A stretch of DNA of 64,000 bases from an uncultured Methanomassiliicoccales archaeon (GCA_942492955.1 OW818644.1:770327-834326); one strand, 5' to 3'. Counted from the first letter of the stretch, positions 37,205 to 46,178 are shown. Notes: generated by a model from the letters alone, not told the origin. Translations and numbers: made by a program.

Positions 37205-38725
37205 ATGGCATCGGCACTTGATACGACCAGCTTTAAGCCTCTTGCTTTCGCGATGTTCGTCGTGATCATCATAATCACCCTGGCGATATCGGTCTACTTC
37301 TCCAGGCGGGTGCGTACCGCAGGCCACTACTATGTCGCCGGAGGAGGCGTCAAGTGGTTCGTCAACGGTATCGCGTTCGCGGGAGATTACCTGAGCGCCG
37401 CATCGTTCCTGGGAATAGCCGGACTGATAGCGTTCAGCGGATACGACGGCTTCATGTACGGGATCGGTTTCCTGGCCGGATGGATAGTCGCCCTTTTCCT
37501 GATAGCGGAACCGCTGCGGGTCATGGGCAAGTACACCTTCGCGGACGCGCTGGTTCACAAGTTCAAGAGCAAGCGCGTGCGGCTGGCGGCGGCGATAAGC
37601 ACCCTCATCGTGAGCGTGTTCTATCTCATACCGCAGATGGTCGGCGCCGGAACGATAGTGCAGCCGCTGCTCGGCTTCTCCTATGAATGGGGCGTCCTGA
37701 TCGTCGGGGGCATCGTCATCCTGATAGTCGCCACGGCGGGAATGGTCTCCACCACATGGGTGCAGTTCATCAAGGCGATACTGCTACTCATCGCAGTGAT
37801 AGCGCTGACGATAGGCGTCCTGTTCGCGGCCGGAATGGACCCGATCACGTTCATAGCGCACTTCATCAACAATGGTGCCTCGAACCCGTCCACCGGAGCG
37901 CCGAACGCTTACAGCGGCGACACGTTCATGTCACCCGGTCTGAAGTACACGAACCCACTGGACTATGCGTCGCTGGCATTGGCCCTGATACTGGGTACGG
38001 CTGCGCTGCCGCACATCCTGATACGGTATTACACCGTCCCGAAGCCATCCGATGCCAGGAAGTCGACGGTCGTGGCCATAGTGGCCATGGGTGTGTTCTA
38101 CATCCTGATCCTTTACCTGGGTCTGGGGGCGAACTACTTCGCCGGGCAAGGAGAGTTCCTGGTCACGGACTCGAACTTGGCGGCACCCACGCTGGCCAAC
38201 TTCATCGGCGGGGAAACCTTCTTCGCTCTGATATCGTCCATAGCGTTCGCCACGATCCTGGGGACCGTCTCGGGCCTGATAATGGCGGCGGCGGGAGCCA
38301 TAGCGCACGATATCTACACCGAGATAATGGGCAAGAAGACCACGGAGAAGTCGGCGCTCAGGGTGTCGAAGATCACCGCTGTCGCTGTCGGACTAGTGGC
38401 GATAGGTCTGGGGATCATCATGAAGGGACAGAACGTGGCCTTCCTGGTCGGCCTGGCGTTCGCCATCGCGGCATCGGCGAACATACCCGCGCTGATCTGC
38501 ACCCTGTACTGGAAGAGGGCGACGGAGAAAGGCATAGTGATGGGCATATTCGTCGGCCTGGCACTATCCCTGCTGTTGATCGCCGCCAGCCCAACGGTGA
38601 TGGGTGCGGGAGCGTTCTTCTCGCTCAACAACCCCGGGATCATCAGTATACCGGTCGGGTTCGCCACCACGATCGGCGTGTCCCTGTTGGACAAGAAGAA
38701 GTACCCAGAGCCAACGCCGGCCTGA
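37205..38725 (+). CDS. sodium:solute symporter family transporter, ActP (acetate/monocarboxylate permease)-like
   Basis: 506-aa polytopic protein. It starts 4 nt after the DUF485-containing gene, matching the yjcH-actP arrangement. GDYLSAASFLGIAGL and LPHILIRYYT are typical of SSF/ActP. Confidence 0.9.
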   Translation: MASALDTTSFKPLAFAMFVVIIIITLAISVYFSRRVRTAGHYYVAGGGVKWFVNGIAFAGDYLSAASFLGIAGLIAFSGYDGFMYGIGFLAGWIVALFLIAEPLRVMGKYTFADALVHKFKSKRVRLAAAISTLIVSVFYLIPQMVGAGTIVQPLLGFSYEWGVLIVGGIVILIVATAGMVSTTWVQFIKAILLLIAVIALTIGVLFAAGMDPITFIAHFINNGASNPSTGAPNAYSGDTFMSPGLKYTNPLDYASLALALILGTAALPHILIRYYTVPKPSDARKSTVVAIVAMGVFYILILYLGLGANYFAGQGEFLVTDSNLAAPTLANFIGGETFFALISSIAFATILGTVSGLIMAAAGAIAHDIYTEIMGKKTTEKSALRVSKITAVAVGLVAIGLGIIMKGQNVAFLVGLAFAIAASANIPALICTLYWKRATEKGIVMGIFVGLALSLLLIAASPTVMGAGAFFSLNNPGIISIPVGFATTIGVSLLDKKKYPEPTPA

Positions 38726-38741
38726 GGCTGGCGGTCAAACC

Positions 38742-38754
38742 TTTTTCCTTTTTT
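38742..38754 (+). terminator. oligo-T terminator candidate after the symporter gene
   Basis: CTTTTTCCTTTTTTC lies 17 nt after the stop codon. Archaeal termination commonly uses oligo-T tracts. Confidence 0.4.
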
Positions 38755-38791
38755 CACATAATTATTTCCCGCCGGCGCACAATCATCATTC

Positions 38792-39388
38792 ATGGAACCG
38801 AAAGCGGCATACTTCCGGAAGACGGAGGAAGAATTCAGACCGGATCCTTCACTGAAGGCCATACACTATCTCGATCTGCTGCTGTTCGTACTGATAGGGA
38901 TCATGAGCTGGTTCTTTCCCCTGATGGTCTATGGACCACCGGAGGTCGTTCTGCTGATGGCCGTTATCCTGATCCCGGTCCTGGCAATGTCAGTAATCTA
39001 CATTCCGATCGCATACCGCCATACAGCCTACAGGCTCACCGAATCGGAGATAACGTGGAAGAGAGGGGTCTTCTTCAAGAGAGCGTCCATCGTCCCCTAC
39101 TCCAAGGTGACGAACGTGGACATATCGCAAGGACCCCTGTCCAGATACTTCGGCATCGCGAACCTGAACATCCAGACCGCCGGCTACAACGCCTCCAGCG
39201 GCGGCCAGCCGGAATTGAGGATATCAGGAATAAAGGACCACGAAAAAGTCCGTGACATGATCATGAGCAGGGTCAGATCGAACAGGCCACCAGCTACCCA
39301 AACCGGATCGCGCCCTGATCTCAATGAGCTGATCCTCGCTGAACTGACCAAGATAAGGGAGCTGCTGGAAAGGCGATCTGGACCATAA
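38792..39388 (+). CDS. membrane protein with bacterial-type PH domain (bPH_2/YdbS-like)
   Basis: Two N-terminal TM helices are followed by ITWKRGVFFKRASIVPYSKVTNVDISQGPLSRYFGIANLNIQTAG, the bPH_2 (DUF304) signature. Confidence 0.7.
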   Translation: MEPKAAYFRKTEEEFRPDPSLKAIHYLDLLLFVLIGIMSWFFPLMVYGPPEVVLLMAVILIPVLAMSVIYIPIAYRHTAYRLTESEITWKRGVFFKRASIVPYSKVTNVDISQGPLSRYFGIANLNIQTAGYNASSGGQPELRISGIKDHEKVRDMIMSRVRSNRPPATQTGSRPDLNELILAELTKIRELLERRSGP

Positions 39389-39426
39389 GACGCCGGGAGA
39401 TATCGGCATCGGTCCGGACAAGGTTC

Positions 39427-40584
39427 TCAGAGCTTGAGCCCCGGTATCTCGTACCTCTTCTGTTCCGGTCTCTTCGCCGGCACGATCGGGTTCGGACCCA
39501 GGTCCTTGATCTTCTGGATGTAATCCTCGATCGTGGAACGGTATTTCTCTGGCTGTTCCTCGTCGACGAACTCGATGAGGAAGCGGTCCTCGTCGAAACC
39601 GAGCTGCTGAAGCACGATCTTGAGGAGCGTCATCCGCTTGCGGGTGCGCAGGTTTCCGACCTCATAGTGACATCTCCCAGGCGAACCGGCCATGATCAGG
39701 ACCCCGTCGGCTCCGATAGACAATGCCTTGAGCACCCACTCGGGATCGACACGAGCCGAGCACATGACCCTGATGGTTCGGAAATGCACATCGTTCCCCA
39801 AACGCTTCAATCCGGCCATGTCGGCGGCGGCATAGGAGCAGTGATGGCATGAGAACACGATTATGTTCGGGAAGGTGCTCTCATCTGACGAATTGCGGAG
39901 GGCGGCCTCAATTTCCGCAACTACCTGGGCATTGGAGAAGCACGTCTGGTCCATGGCCGCGGTGGGGCAGGCGGAAACGCAGGCCCCGCACCCCTCGCAA
40001 GCCTTGGGGTTGACGGTCGCCTTCCTCTTGCCCTCTGACTCAGAGTCCTCCGAGACCTTGATGGCATTGACATTGCACACCGCCTCGCACACCCCGCAGC
40101 CAGTGCACCTAACCTTGTTCACTATTGCTACGTTCCCCTTCTCGGACGGGAACTGATTGCGAAGTTTCGCCACCGCCATGATGGTCATGTCCTCGGCCTT
40201 GATGGTCTGGAGCTCCTTGTTTTCCCAATGGATCCAGGAGCACTGCTCGCGGATATTGGCCATCTCCAGCATGCATGGGTCAAGCCCGCCGTCAACCAAG
40301 GCCTGTTGGAATTCCTTAAGGTAAAGGCGGGGCGAACAGGCAGAAACAGCCACCCGATCGAGCCCTTCGTCCTTAATGGTCTTGGTGATCGCCTCCCGTG
40401 ATGATTTGGAACAGAGGAAATCGTGGATGCTGGCGTGGACGACACCGGCCTCCGATCGGATGGAATTGACCATCGAGTCAGTATCAACGTTGTTGTCAAT
40501 GTCTCCGCCGCAACGGCAAACGAATACCCCTATCCTTTGGTTAATGGCCTGATCCAAAATACTCTCCTCCGCAAGTCGATGCAA
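39427..40584 (-). CDS. Fe-S protein: HdrA-type Cys motif, 2x[4Fe-4S] ferredoxin motifs and a C-terminal MvhD/FlpD domain
   Basis: IGVFVCRCGGDI (HdrA-like), CTGCGVCEAVC and CEGCGACVSACP (ferredoxin). FSCHHCSYAAADMAG...IRVMCSARVDPEWVLKAL..GADGVLIMAGSPGRCHY matches the methyl-viologen-reducing hydrogenase delta subunit domain. TTG start. Confidence 0.8.
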   Translation of the reverse strand: MHRLAEESILDQAINQRIGVFVCRCGGDIDNNVDTDSMVNSIRSEAGVVHASIHDFLCSKSSREAITKTIKDEGLDRVAVSACSPRLYLKEFQQALVDGGLDPCMLEMANIREQCSWIHWENKELQTIKAEDMTIMAVAKLRNQFPSEKGNVAIVNKVRCTGCGVCEAVCNVNAIKVSEDSESEGKRKATVNPKACEGCGACVSACPTAAMDQTCFSNAQVVAEIEAALRNSSDESTFPNIIVFSCHHCSYAAADMAGLKRLGNDVHFRTIRVMCSARVDPEWVLKALSIGADGVLIMAGSPGRCHYEVGNLRTRKRMTLLKIVLQQLGFDEDRFLIEFVDEEQPEKYRSTIEDYIQKIKDLGPNPIVPAKRPEQKRYEIPGLKL

Positions 40585-40702
40585 GTATTGATGGAAGCCC
40601 GGATATTAATCTTGCTCAGATATTGGGTCGACATGGACGAAGCATCGGGCGAAAATAAACACGGAAGGGACATTGACCATTGTCTGCATATACATGTCAT
40701 CA

Positions 40703-41623
40703 TCAGACCGTTTCAGTGGCCTTCATGTCCTCGATCCCGGTCCTGAACGGCATCATGGGCATGTCCAGCTGCGCCTCGATGTTCTCCACGTTTAGGCAGG
40801 AGTACGCTGCCCTCTTGGCCAGGAAGTCCGCGTCCGCCATACTTGATGGTCTTATGAGGGATTGGTCCAACTCGAAGACCTCTGCGATGATCTTTCCCAT
40901 CTGATAACGGCTAAGGCAGTCGGGACCGCTGGTGTGGAACAATCCCTTGAGGCCGCGCTCCGACACCTCATTCAGTACCTTGGCGCAGTGCGGCGCGTAG
41001 GTGGCGGTGACAAATTGGTCTTCGAACAGATTGACCGCATTCCCGGCCCTCATGGTACGGATGACCCAGCTAGCGAAATTGTCCTTGCTGGACAACCTGT
41101 TCCAACCATACAATACCGCGACCCGGCAGACTGCGTTTTTCTTGGATGAATCTGCGACCAGCCGCTCCCCTTCCAATTTTGTCCTTGAATAGATGCTGAG
41201 CGGGTCCGGGGTCTCGAACTCGTAGTATTTCGAACCTTTGAACCCGTTGAACACATAGTCGGTTGAGATGAACAGCAAAGGCACCCCGCTTTGCCTGCAT
41301 GACTCGGCAACGTTCATCGTCCCTTCGACATTTATGGAAAAGGCCAACTGTGGCTTCCTTTCGCACTCGTCGACGTCGGTCATCGCTGCCGGGAGCAAGA
41401 CCCGGTCAGGTGCTTCCTTTGAGAAGAAATCCTCTACGGCCTTTAGATCGGTCATGTCCAGCGATACCGCTTTTGCACCAGGGCAAGCCTTGCCGCCGTG
41501 GTAGGTGGAGACCACCTCGTGACCGCGTACAGAAGCATCGGCGACTAGATACTGGCCAAGTAACCCGGAACCCCCGATTATCGCGATCTTGCTCACGAAT
41601 GAAAGAAGGATGACCGGATACAT
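40703..41623 (-). CDS. rfbD: dTDP-4-dehydrorhamnose reductase
   Basis: IAIIGGSGLLGQYL (Rossmann motif), STDYVF and YSRTK (YxxxK) match RmlD. An alternative GTG start at 41596 gives (M)SKIAIIGG. Confidence 0.85.
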   Translation of the reverse strand: MYPVILLSFVSKIAIIGGSGLLGQYLVADASVRGHEVVSTYHGGKACPGAKAVSLDMTDLKAVEDFFSKEAPDRVLLPAAMTDVDECERKPQLAFSINVEGTMNVAESCRQSGVPLLFISTDYVFNGFKGSKYYEFETPDPLSIYSRTKLEGERLVADSSKKNAVCRVAVLYGWNRLSSKDNFASWVIRTMRAGNAVNLFEDQFVTATYAPHCAKVLNEVSERGLKGLFHTSGPDCLSRYQMGKIIAEVFELDQSLIRPSSMADADFLAKRAAYSCLNVENIEAQLDMPMMPFRTGIEDMKATETV

Positions 41624-41763
41624 ATCGGTTGTGAACCGCCGTCATGACCGAGTGCGCCGAGTTCCACTACTAATGACGATTTACCACTTAATATCATGAT
41701 TGTGCTTTCAGATCTGCATAGCTGGGTGTGCATCTATTCGTCCAAGAGGCGAGTGGACTGCAA

Positions 41764-41810
41764 TTTTTTATAGTTGCATAGAGGTCTACCTATCGAAATT
41801 CGATATAGGT
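41764..41810 (+). promoter_or_regulatory. TATA-like box plus imperfect inverted repeat upstream of the MFS transporter gene
   Basis: TTTTTTATA lies at 41764-41772, 46 nt before the ATG. ACCTATCGAA-A-TTCGATATAGGT lies at 41788-41810. The arms are complementary apart from a 2-nt insertion. Confidence 0.35.
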
Positions 41811-41817
41811 GTAAGAA

Positions 41818-43296
41818 ATGACCAAGAAAAAGGATGGCGGCGCTAAATCGGACGAGAGACTGTCTCTCAAAGGCAACGGCATCATACTCCTGGAGTTGGC
41901 CTTCATCTCCATGATGGTCATGTTCGTTGAGATCATGTTGGTTCCCGCCCTTCCAAAGATCGCACAGGAATTCCCACGGGACGCCTCGTGGGTCTCCTGG
42001 ATCCTGGCCGCCTATATGCTGGTCGGTGCGGTCGCCACCCCGCTCCTGGGTCGACTGGGGGACATCTATGGGAAGAAGCGAGTGATGTTGATCGCCCTCA
42101 GCGTATACGTTGCTGGACTGGTGGGGTGTTCCATCGCTTGGTCGATCCCATCACTGATTGGGTTCCGTGCGGTGCAGGGCATAGGCATGGGCATGTTCCC
42201 GTTGGCATTCGGCATCATCAGGGACACGTTCCCGCGCAGGCTGGTCCCGATGGCCATAGGCATAATCAGCGCAATGTTCTCCGTCGGCGTTTCGATCGGC
42301 CTTCTGGCCGGAGGTTACATCGTGGCGGTACTCTCCTGGAGAGACTGCTTCTACATCGTAACCCCTCTGCTGGCGATCGTCGGCATCGTGGCGTTCTACA
42401 CCATTAGGGCGGACCACGTCCGTTTGAAGTGCGGGATCGACGTGGTGGGCGCGGGGATGCTTGGGACGAGCATATTCTGCCTGCTGTTCGCCTTGACCGA
42501 GGGGGAAACCTGGGGCTGGAGTGACATCAAGACCTTGGGGTTCCTTGCGTTCTTCGTCGCAATGCTCGTCACATTCGTCGCTTGGGAGCGCCGGGTCAAG
42601 GATCCGATCGTCAGGCTGAGCCTCATGGCGAACCGAGGGGTGCTCGGGGTCAATCTGACCGCCCTTTTCGTGGGTGTCGCCATGTTCCTCATGTTCCAGA
42701 CCTTGCCGTTCTTCCTAATGACCCCGATATCGTTAGGAGGATTCGCCCTGGCCGACGCGTTCATGGTCGGGCTGTACATGTTCCCTACCGCTATCGGACA
42801 GCTGATCTTCGCACCGTTGGCAGGAAAATGGTCCAGGAGGATCGGTGCTGATAATGTTCTAATCATCGGGATCGTCCTCCTAGCGGCCGGATATGGCATG
42901 CTCATCGTGATGCATGGCTCCGCATTGGACATCGCGCTCAGCATGTTCGTTTCAGGTTCTGGACTTGGTCTTTGCATGGTCTCCTTCATCAATGTCATCG
43001 CCATGACAGCGCCCAAGAACGAATTCGGAATCGCTTCCGGAATGAACACCCTGTTCCGCGTGGTCGGCGGGTCCATAGGGCCGGTTATCGGGGCGGTGAT
43101 CATGGCTGGTTTCGTTGTCGCCTGGATACCTGCTCCATCGGTCGGTCCGATCAGCATGACGACCGAGACCGGCTATATCTGGGCATGGGTGGCTGGACTC
43201 GTTGCCTCGTGCGCCGCACTGGTCATCGCGATAGTGCTCCGACCGGGCAAGGGAATGGATTTCGAGAACGCGCCCGAGGCAGAATCGATCATATGA
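41818..43296 (+). CDS. MFS transporter, DHA2/EmrB-like (14-TM type)
   Basis: 492-aa polytopic protein. MFS motif A-like GRLGDIYGKKRVM and a RAVQGIGMGM motif are typical of drug:H+ antiporter-2 members. Confidence 0.9.
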   Translation: MTKKKDGGAKSDERLSLKGNGIILLELAFISMMVMFVEIMLVPALPKIAQEFPRDASWVSWILAAYMLVGAVATPLLGRLGDIYGKKRVMLIALSVYVAGLVGCSIAWSIPSLIGFRAVQGIGMGMFPLAFGIIRDTFPRRLVPMAIGIISAMFSVGVSIGLLAGGYIVAVLSWRDCFYIVTPLLAIVGIVAFYTIRADHVRLKCGIDVVGAGMLGTSIFCLLFALTEGETWGWSDIKTLGFLAFFVAMLVTFVAWERRVKDPIVRLSLMANRGVLGVNLTALFVGVAMFLMFQTLPFFLMTPISLGGFALADAFMVGLYMFPTAIGQLIFAPLAGKWSRRIGADNVLIIGIVLLAAGYGMLIVMHGSALDIALSMFVSGSGLGLCMVSFINVIAMTAPKNEFGIASGMNTLFRVVGGSIGPVIGAVIMAGFVVAWIPAPSVGPISMTTETGYIWAWVAGLVASCAALVIAIVLRPGKGMDFENAPEAESII

Positions 43297-43330
43297 TGAT
43301 AGGATGACCGGCACTTTCAGGGAAAGGATA

Positions 43331-43362
43331 AACTAGTTATCAGGCATGCTAGTTGCAACTAG
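43331..43362. promoter_or_regulatory. perfect 14-bp palindrome plus related half-site just upstream of a start codon
   Basis: CTAGTTGCAACTAG at 43349-43362 is self-complementary. AACTAGTT at 43331-43338 repeats the motif. The ATG of the next gene is at 43369. Confidence 0.35.
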
Positions 43363-43368
43363 ACTAAC

Positions 43369-44397
43369 ATGAACCGCATACGGGCGTGTCCTCACTGCGG
43401 CAGCGAGGATATCTTCCCCAAAGTTATATTTGGAGGCCCGCTCGCAGGAGTGGACAACAAGGATGGAAGCTATCGCTGCCGTTCCTGCGGCGAACAGGCC
43501 GTTCCACTCGATTTCATAAGCGATGAAGAGCGAAGATCATTCCGAGGTATCAAGATGGATCAAAATGACCAGGCAGTTACGTTCAAGCACATACCGATCG
43601 TTCCGGTGGATACGCGATCTTTGCTCTCGATCGGAAGCATTGATATGCCTTTGGGCAGTGTCGCTGAGGTCGTCAGCGTCGGGTGGGACGGGAAGCGCAT
43701 TGCCAGGACCGAGTATTCCGCCAAGTTCAGCAAGTACTGGAAGGCGGTCTCGGGCCAACGGTATAACGCTTCTGAGATCATGATGATGGATCTGGCCGGG
43801 ATCGTCGAAGCGCGTCCGAACTTCGATGTGCTGAGACAGCTCCTCAAGAGAAAATTCAATGTCTGGCTCGAGATAGGCATGAGGGACGAGGAAGATCTTT
43901 TCGATGCTTTCGCAATGGGAGTGTCGTACGCTGTCGCAGGGAGCCTGTGCTGCAGGCGAATCGAAATGTTCACCGAACTTTTCGAGCTCTCCGACAAATG
44001 CATACCATGCCTCTATCTGGACAATGGAGTGGTGTGGGAGCGGCCGGGAGCAGGTCCTAGGGACATGGGAGAGGCGATCAATGCCCTCAAGGAAATTGGG
44101 TTCGAGGAGATCGCCATCATCGACCTTCCCCGCCTCGGCACCCGTTCCGGATACTCCAAGGATCTGGTCGAAAAAGCGCTGGGATATGGCGTTCCACTCA
44201 ATGTCGGTGGCGGGATCACTGAGAAAGACTTCGAATCGCTCGAACGCATGGGAGTTATTGGGGCACTGGTCGACCCGTTCACCCCGGTGATCTCTGACAT
44301 CATCGAATCCCCCGAGGGTCCCGCCGCGGCATCGGTCACGGCGACATCCTCGCGGTTCGAAACGACTTCGGGCACGACCTCGAGCAATTCGATCTGA
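43369..44397 (+). CDS. zinc-ribbon domain fused to a HisA/HisF-like TIM-barrel domain protein
   Basis: N-terminal CPHCGS...CRSCG zinc ribbon. C-terminal IAIIDLPRLGTRSGYSKDLVEKAL..PLNVGGGITEKDFESLERMGVIGALV resembles the phosphate-binding half of HisA/HisF barrels. The family call is from memory only. Confidence 0.5.
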   Translation: MNRIRACPHCGSEDIFPKVIFGGPLAGVDNKDGSYRCRSCGEQAVPLDFISDEERRSFRGIKMDQNDQAVTFKHIPIVPVDTRSLLSIGSIDMPLGSVAEVVSVGWDGKRIARTEYSAKFSKYWKAVSGQRYNASEIMMMDLAGIVEARPNFDVLRQLLKRKFNVWLEIGMRDEEDLFDAFAMGVSYAVAGSLCCRRIEMFTELFELSDKCIPCLYLDNGVVWERPGAGPRDMGEAINALKEIGFEEIAIIDLPRLGTRSGYSKDLVEKALGYGVPLNVGGGITEKDFESLERMGVIGALVDPFTPVISDIIESPEGPAAASVTATSSRFETTSGTTSSNSI

Positions 44398-44635
44398 TGT
44401 TCGTTCATCGGACGTTTAGATCCGACTAAACGGACCTCCGACCCGCGCCTTTCCACCATTGATGCGACCTGATCCAAGATCGTCTGGATCATACTTCCCA
44501 AGTTGAACACGATGATTCGACAAAAAGACCACGGATGGTCGGATCGTTCGCCAAGTTCGGGGCGTTAGGATTATGTATGCAAAATCAGGTTGAGTGCTGG
44601 GATTCCACCAGAACTGGCGTCAAGGAGATCAAGGA

Positions 44636-45316
44636 ATGGGACTGAACGGCATAGCCTTCGCAATGATTGGCCTGGTTTACGGGCTCTGCCACTGGATCTT
44701 CTTCTGCAGCGGTACTAAAGAGGGACCTGCATGGTGGAGGAAGAAGTCCCGCCCCGAGGACATGGTGCCGGAGCAACCGATCGGAGCCATGGGCTCTCTT
44801 GCGGCCGGTATCAGCCTGTTCCTGTTCACTTTCTGGCTGATCTTCAATCCGGGATCCAACCAGTTCTTGGTCATGGCATTGTCTGGGGTATTGAACGGGC
44901 TGCTGTTCGTCGGCACGGCGGTCGTAGCAGTGAAGGGATGGGACTGGAGGCCGATAGGGAATGGAGCGATCGCCTCCTCGATAGCCCAAATGATCATGAT
45001 ACCGTTCGCCGTATTCTGGGGATTCCCGGCCGATGCGGGTTTCGGCCTGTTCATCTGGGCGTTTCTGGCTGGCTCATGGGGGCTGGTAATTCATGAAAAG
45101 GCTTCCCTAAAACTTCTGCAGGCCAGCTTGGTGCTCTCCGTGGTGGCAGCTTGGTGGTTCATGGTATTCTATGGCAACATCCATACGCCGCTTTCCATCA
45201 TCACGAACCTGGATAATTCCCTTTCAGGCGAGACATGGGCATTGGCGTTCGCGTTCTTGGCGGTAGTCTTTGTTGCCTTCCTGATGTTGAGCAAAAAACG
45301 TCAAAAACCTACCTGA
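44636..45316 (+). CDS. hypothetical polytopic membrane protein
   Basis: About 6 hydrophobic helices. ATG at 44636 was verified behind AGGAGATCAAGGA. The ORF-track GTG is at 44594. No family recognised. Confidence 0.55.
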   Translation: MGLNGIAFAMIGLVYGLCHWIFFCSGTKEGPAWWRKKSRPEDMVPEQPIGAMGSLAAGISLFLFTFWLIFNPGSNQFLVMALSGVLNGLLFVGTAVVAVKGWDWRPIGNGAIASSIAQMIMIPFAVFWGFPADAGFGLFIWAFLAGSWGLVIHEKASLKLLQASLVLSVVAAWWFMVFYGNIHTPLSIITNLDNSLSGETWALAFAFLAVVFVAFLMLSKKRQKPT

Positions 45317-45404
45317 CCGGACGGTAAGAACCCAGACCATCTCCTGTCTTGCAGATGGAGAACCTTAATAGCACCATCGCACGAATCATATAATTCGATT
45401 TGAA

Positions 45405-46178
45405 ATGGCAGACTTCGTAGGCCTAGTGCTGATCGTCCTGATCTCCATCATCCCGCCATTCGTCTATCTGATCTGGGTTAGGAACGCCGAGAGGTGCCGG
45501 CCGGAGTCTATGGGTTCCGTTCTGATGGCGTTCAGTTTTGCGGCGATCGTCTCCTTGGGAGCGGCGTTCGTCATCGAGTCATTGCTGGTCAATGCCCTTT
45601 ATGCTCCTGGCAGTGTGCTGAGCCGAGGGATCTGGGGGATACCGCCCAATGACCAGAATCTGCAATTGGTGATCCTGGCGGTGTTCATCGCCCCGGTCGT
45701 GGAAGAGTTCACCAAATCCTGGACGGTCCTATTCATGAGACCAAGGCTCAATGAGATAGAGGATGGACTGGTCTATGGGGCGGCGGCGGGGTTGGGTTTT
45801 GCTGCGATCGAGAACATCTTGTACAACGGTTCGGCGTTGATCGAGGGAACCGAAGTGTTCCTGGTCGTGGCCATCAGTCGGGCTTTGACATCGACCTTGC
45901 TGCATTCCTCGGCAACAGCCATCACGGGATATGGAATCGGTCTTTCCAAATTCCACCGTATGGCGGGCCATCCACAATCATGGGTGTTGTATTACATGGG
46001 GGCGGTGGTGCTGCACGGTGCGTTCAATCTGTTCGCGATCATGGGCAACTTCGCGCCGGACGTGGGCCTCGTCTCGTTGATAGGGCTTATATTGAGTTTC
46101 CTGCTGGCTTGGATTGTGTTTTCCTGGATCCGTGCAAGCATCAAGCGCCTGGACCGTGTCAATGGCTGCATCAGATAG
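45405..46178 (+). CDS. PrsW-family intramembrane metalloprotease
   Basis: Polytopic protein with PVVEEFTKS (EExxK), HSSATAITGYG and HGAFN motifs characteristic of PrsW. Confidence 0.75.
   Translation: MADFVGLVLIVLISIIPPFVYLIWVRNAERCRPESMGSVLMAFSFAAIVSLGAAFVIESLLVNALYAPGSVLSRGIWGIPPNDQNLQLVILAVFIAPVVEEFTKSWTVLFMRPRLNEIEDGLVYGAAAGLGFAAIENILYNGSALIEGTEVFLVVAISRALTSTLLHSSATAITGYGIGLSKFHRMAGHPQSWVLYYMGAVVLHGAFNLFAIMGNFAPDVGLVSLIGLILSFLLAWIVFSWIRASIKRLDRVNGCIR

Noticed and set aside
37687-39255. 522-aa plus-strand ORF overlapping the symporter and the PH-domain gene.
   Set aside because: It runs in a different frame over a well-supported membrane transporter gene. The translation is Arg/Gly/His/Pro-rich low complexity with no TM or domain features. 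This is the typical long shadow ORF of GC-rich DNA.
43293-43299. C-box-like ATGATGA (also TGATGA at 50071 and 16267), a possible C/D-box sRNA.
   Set aside because: No correctly spaced D/D' (CTGA) and C' boxes follow any of them. The 43293 instance simply overlaps the MFS stop codon.
44013-44510. 165-aa minus-strand ORF overlapping the 3' end of the Zn-ribbon/HisA-like gene.
   Set aside because: It is antisense to a better-supported ORF. Its Ser/Pro/Arg-rich translation has no motifs and no plausible ribosome-binding site context.
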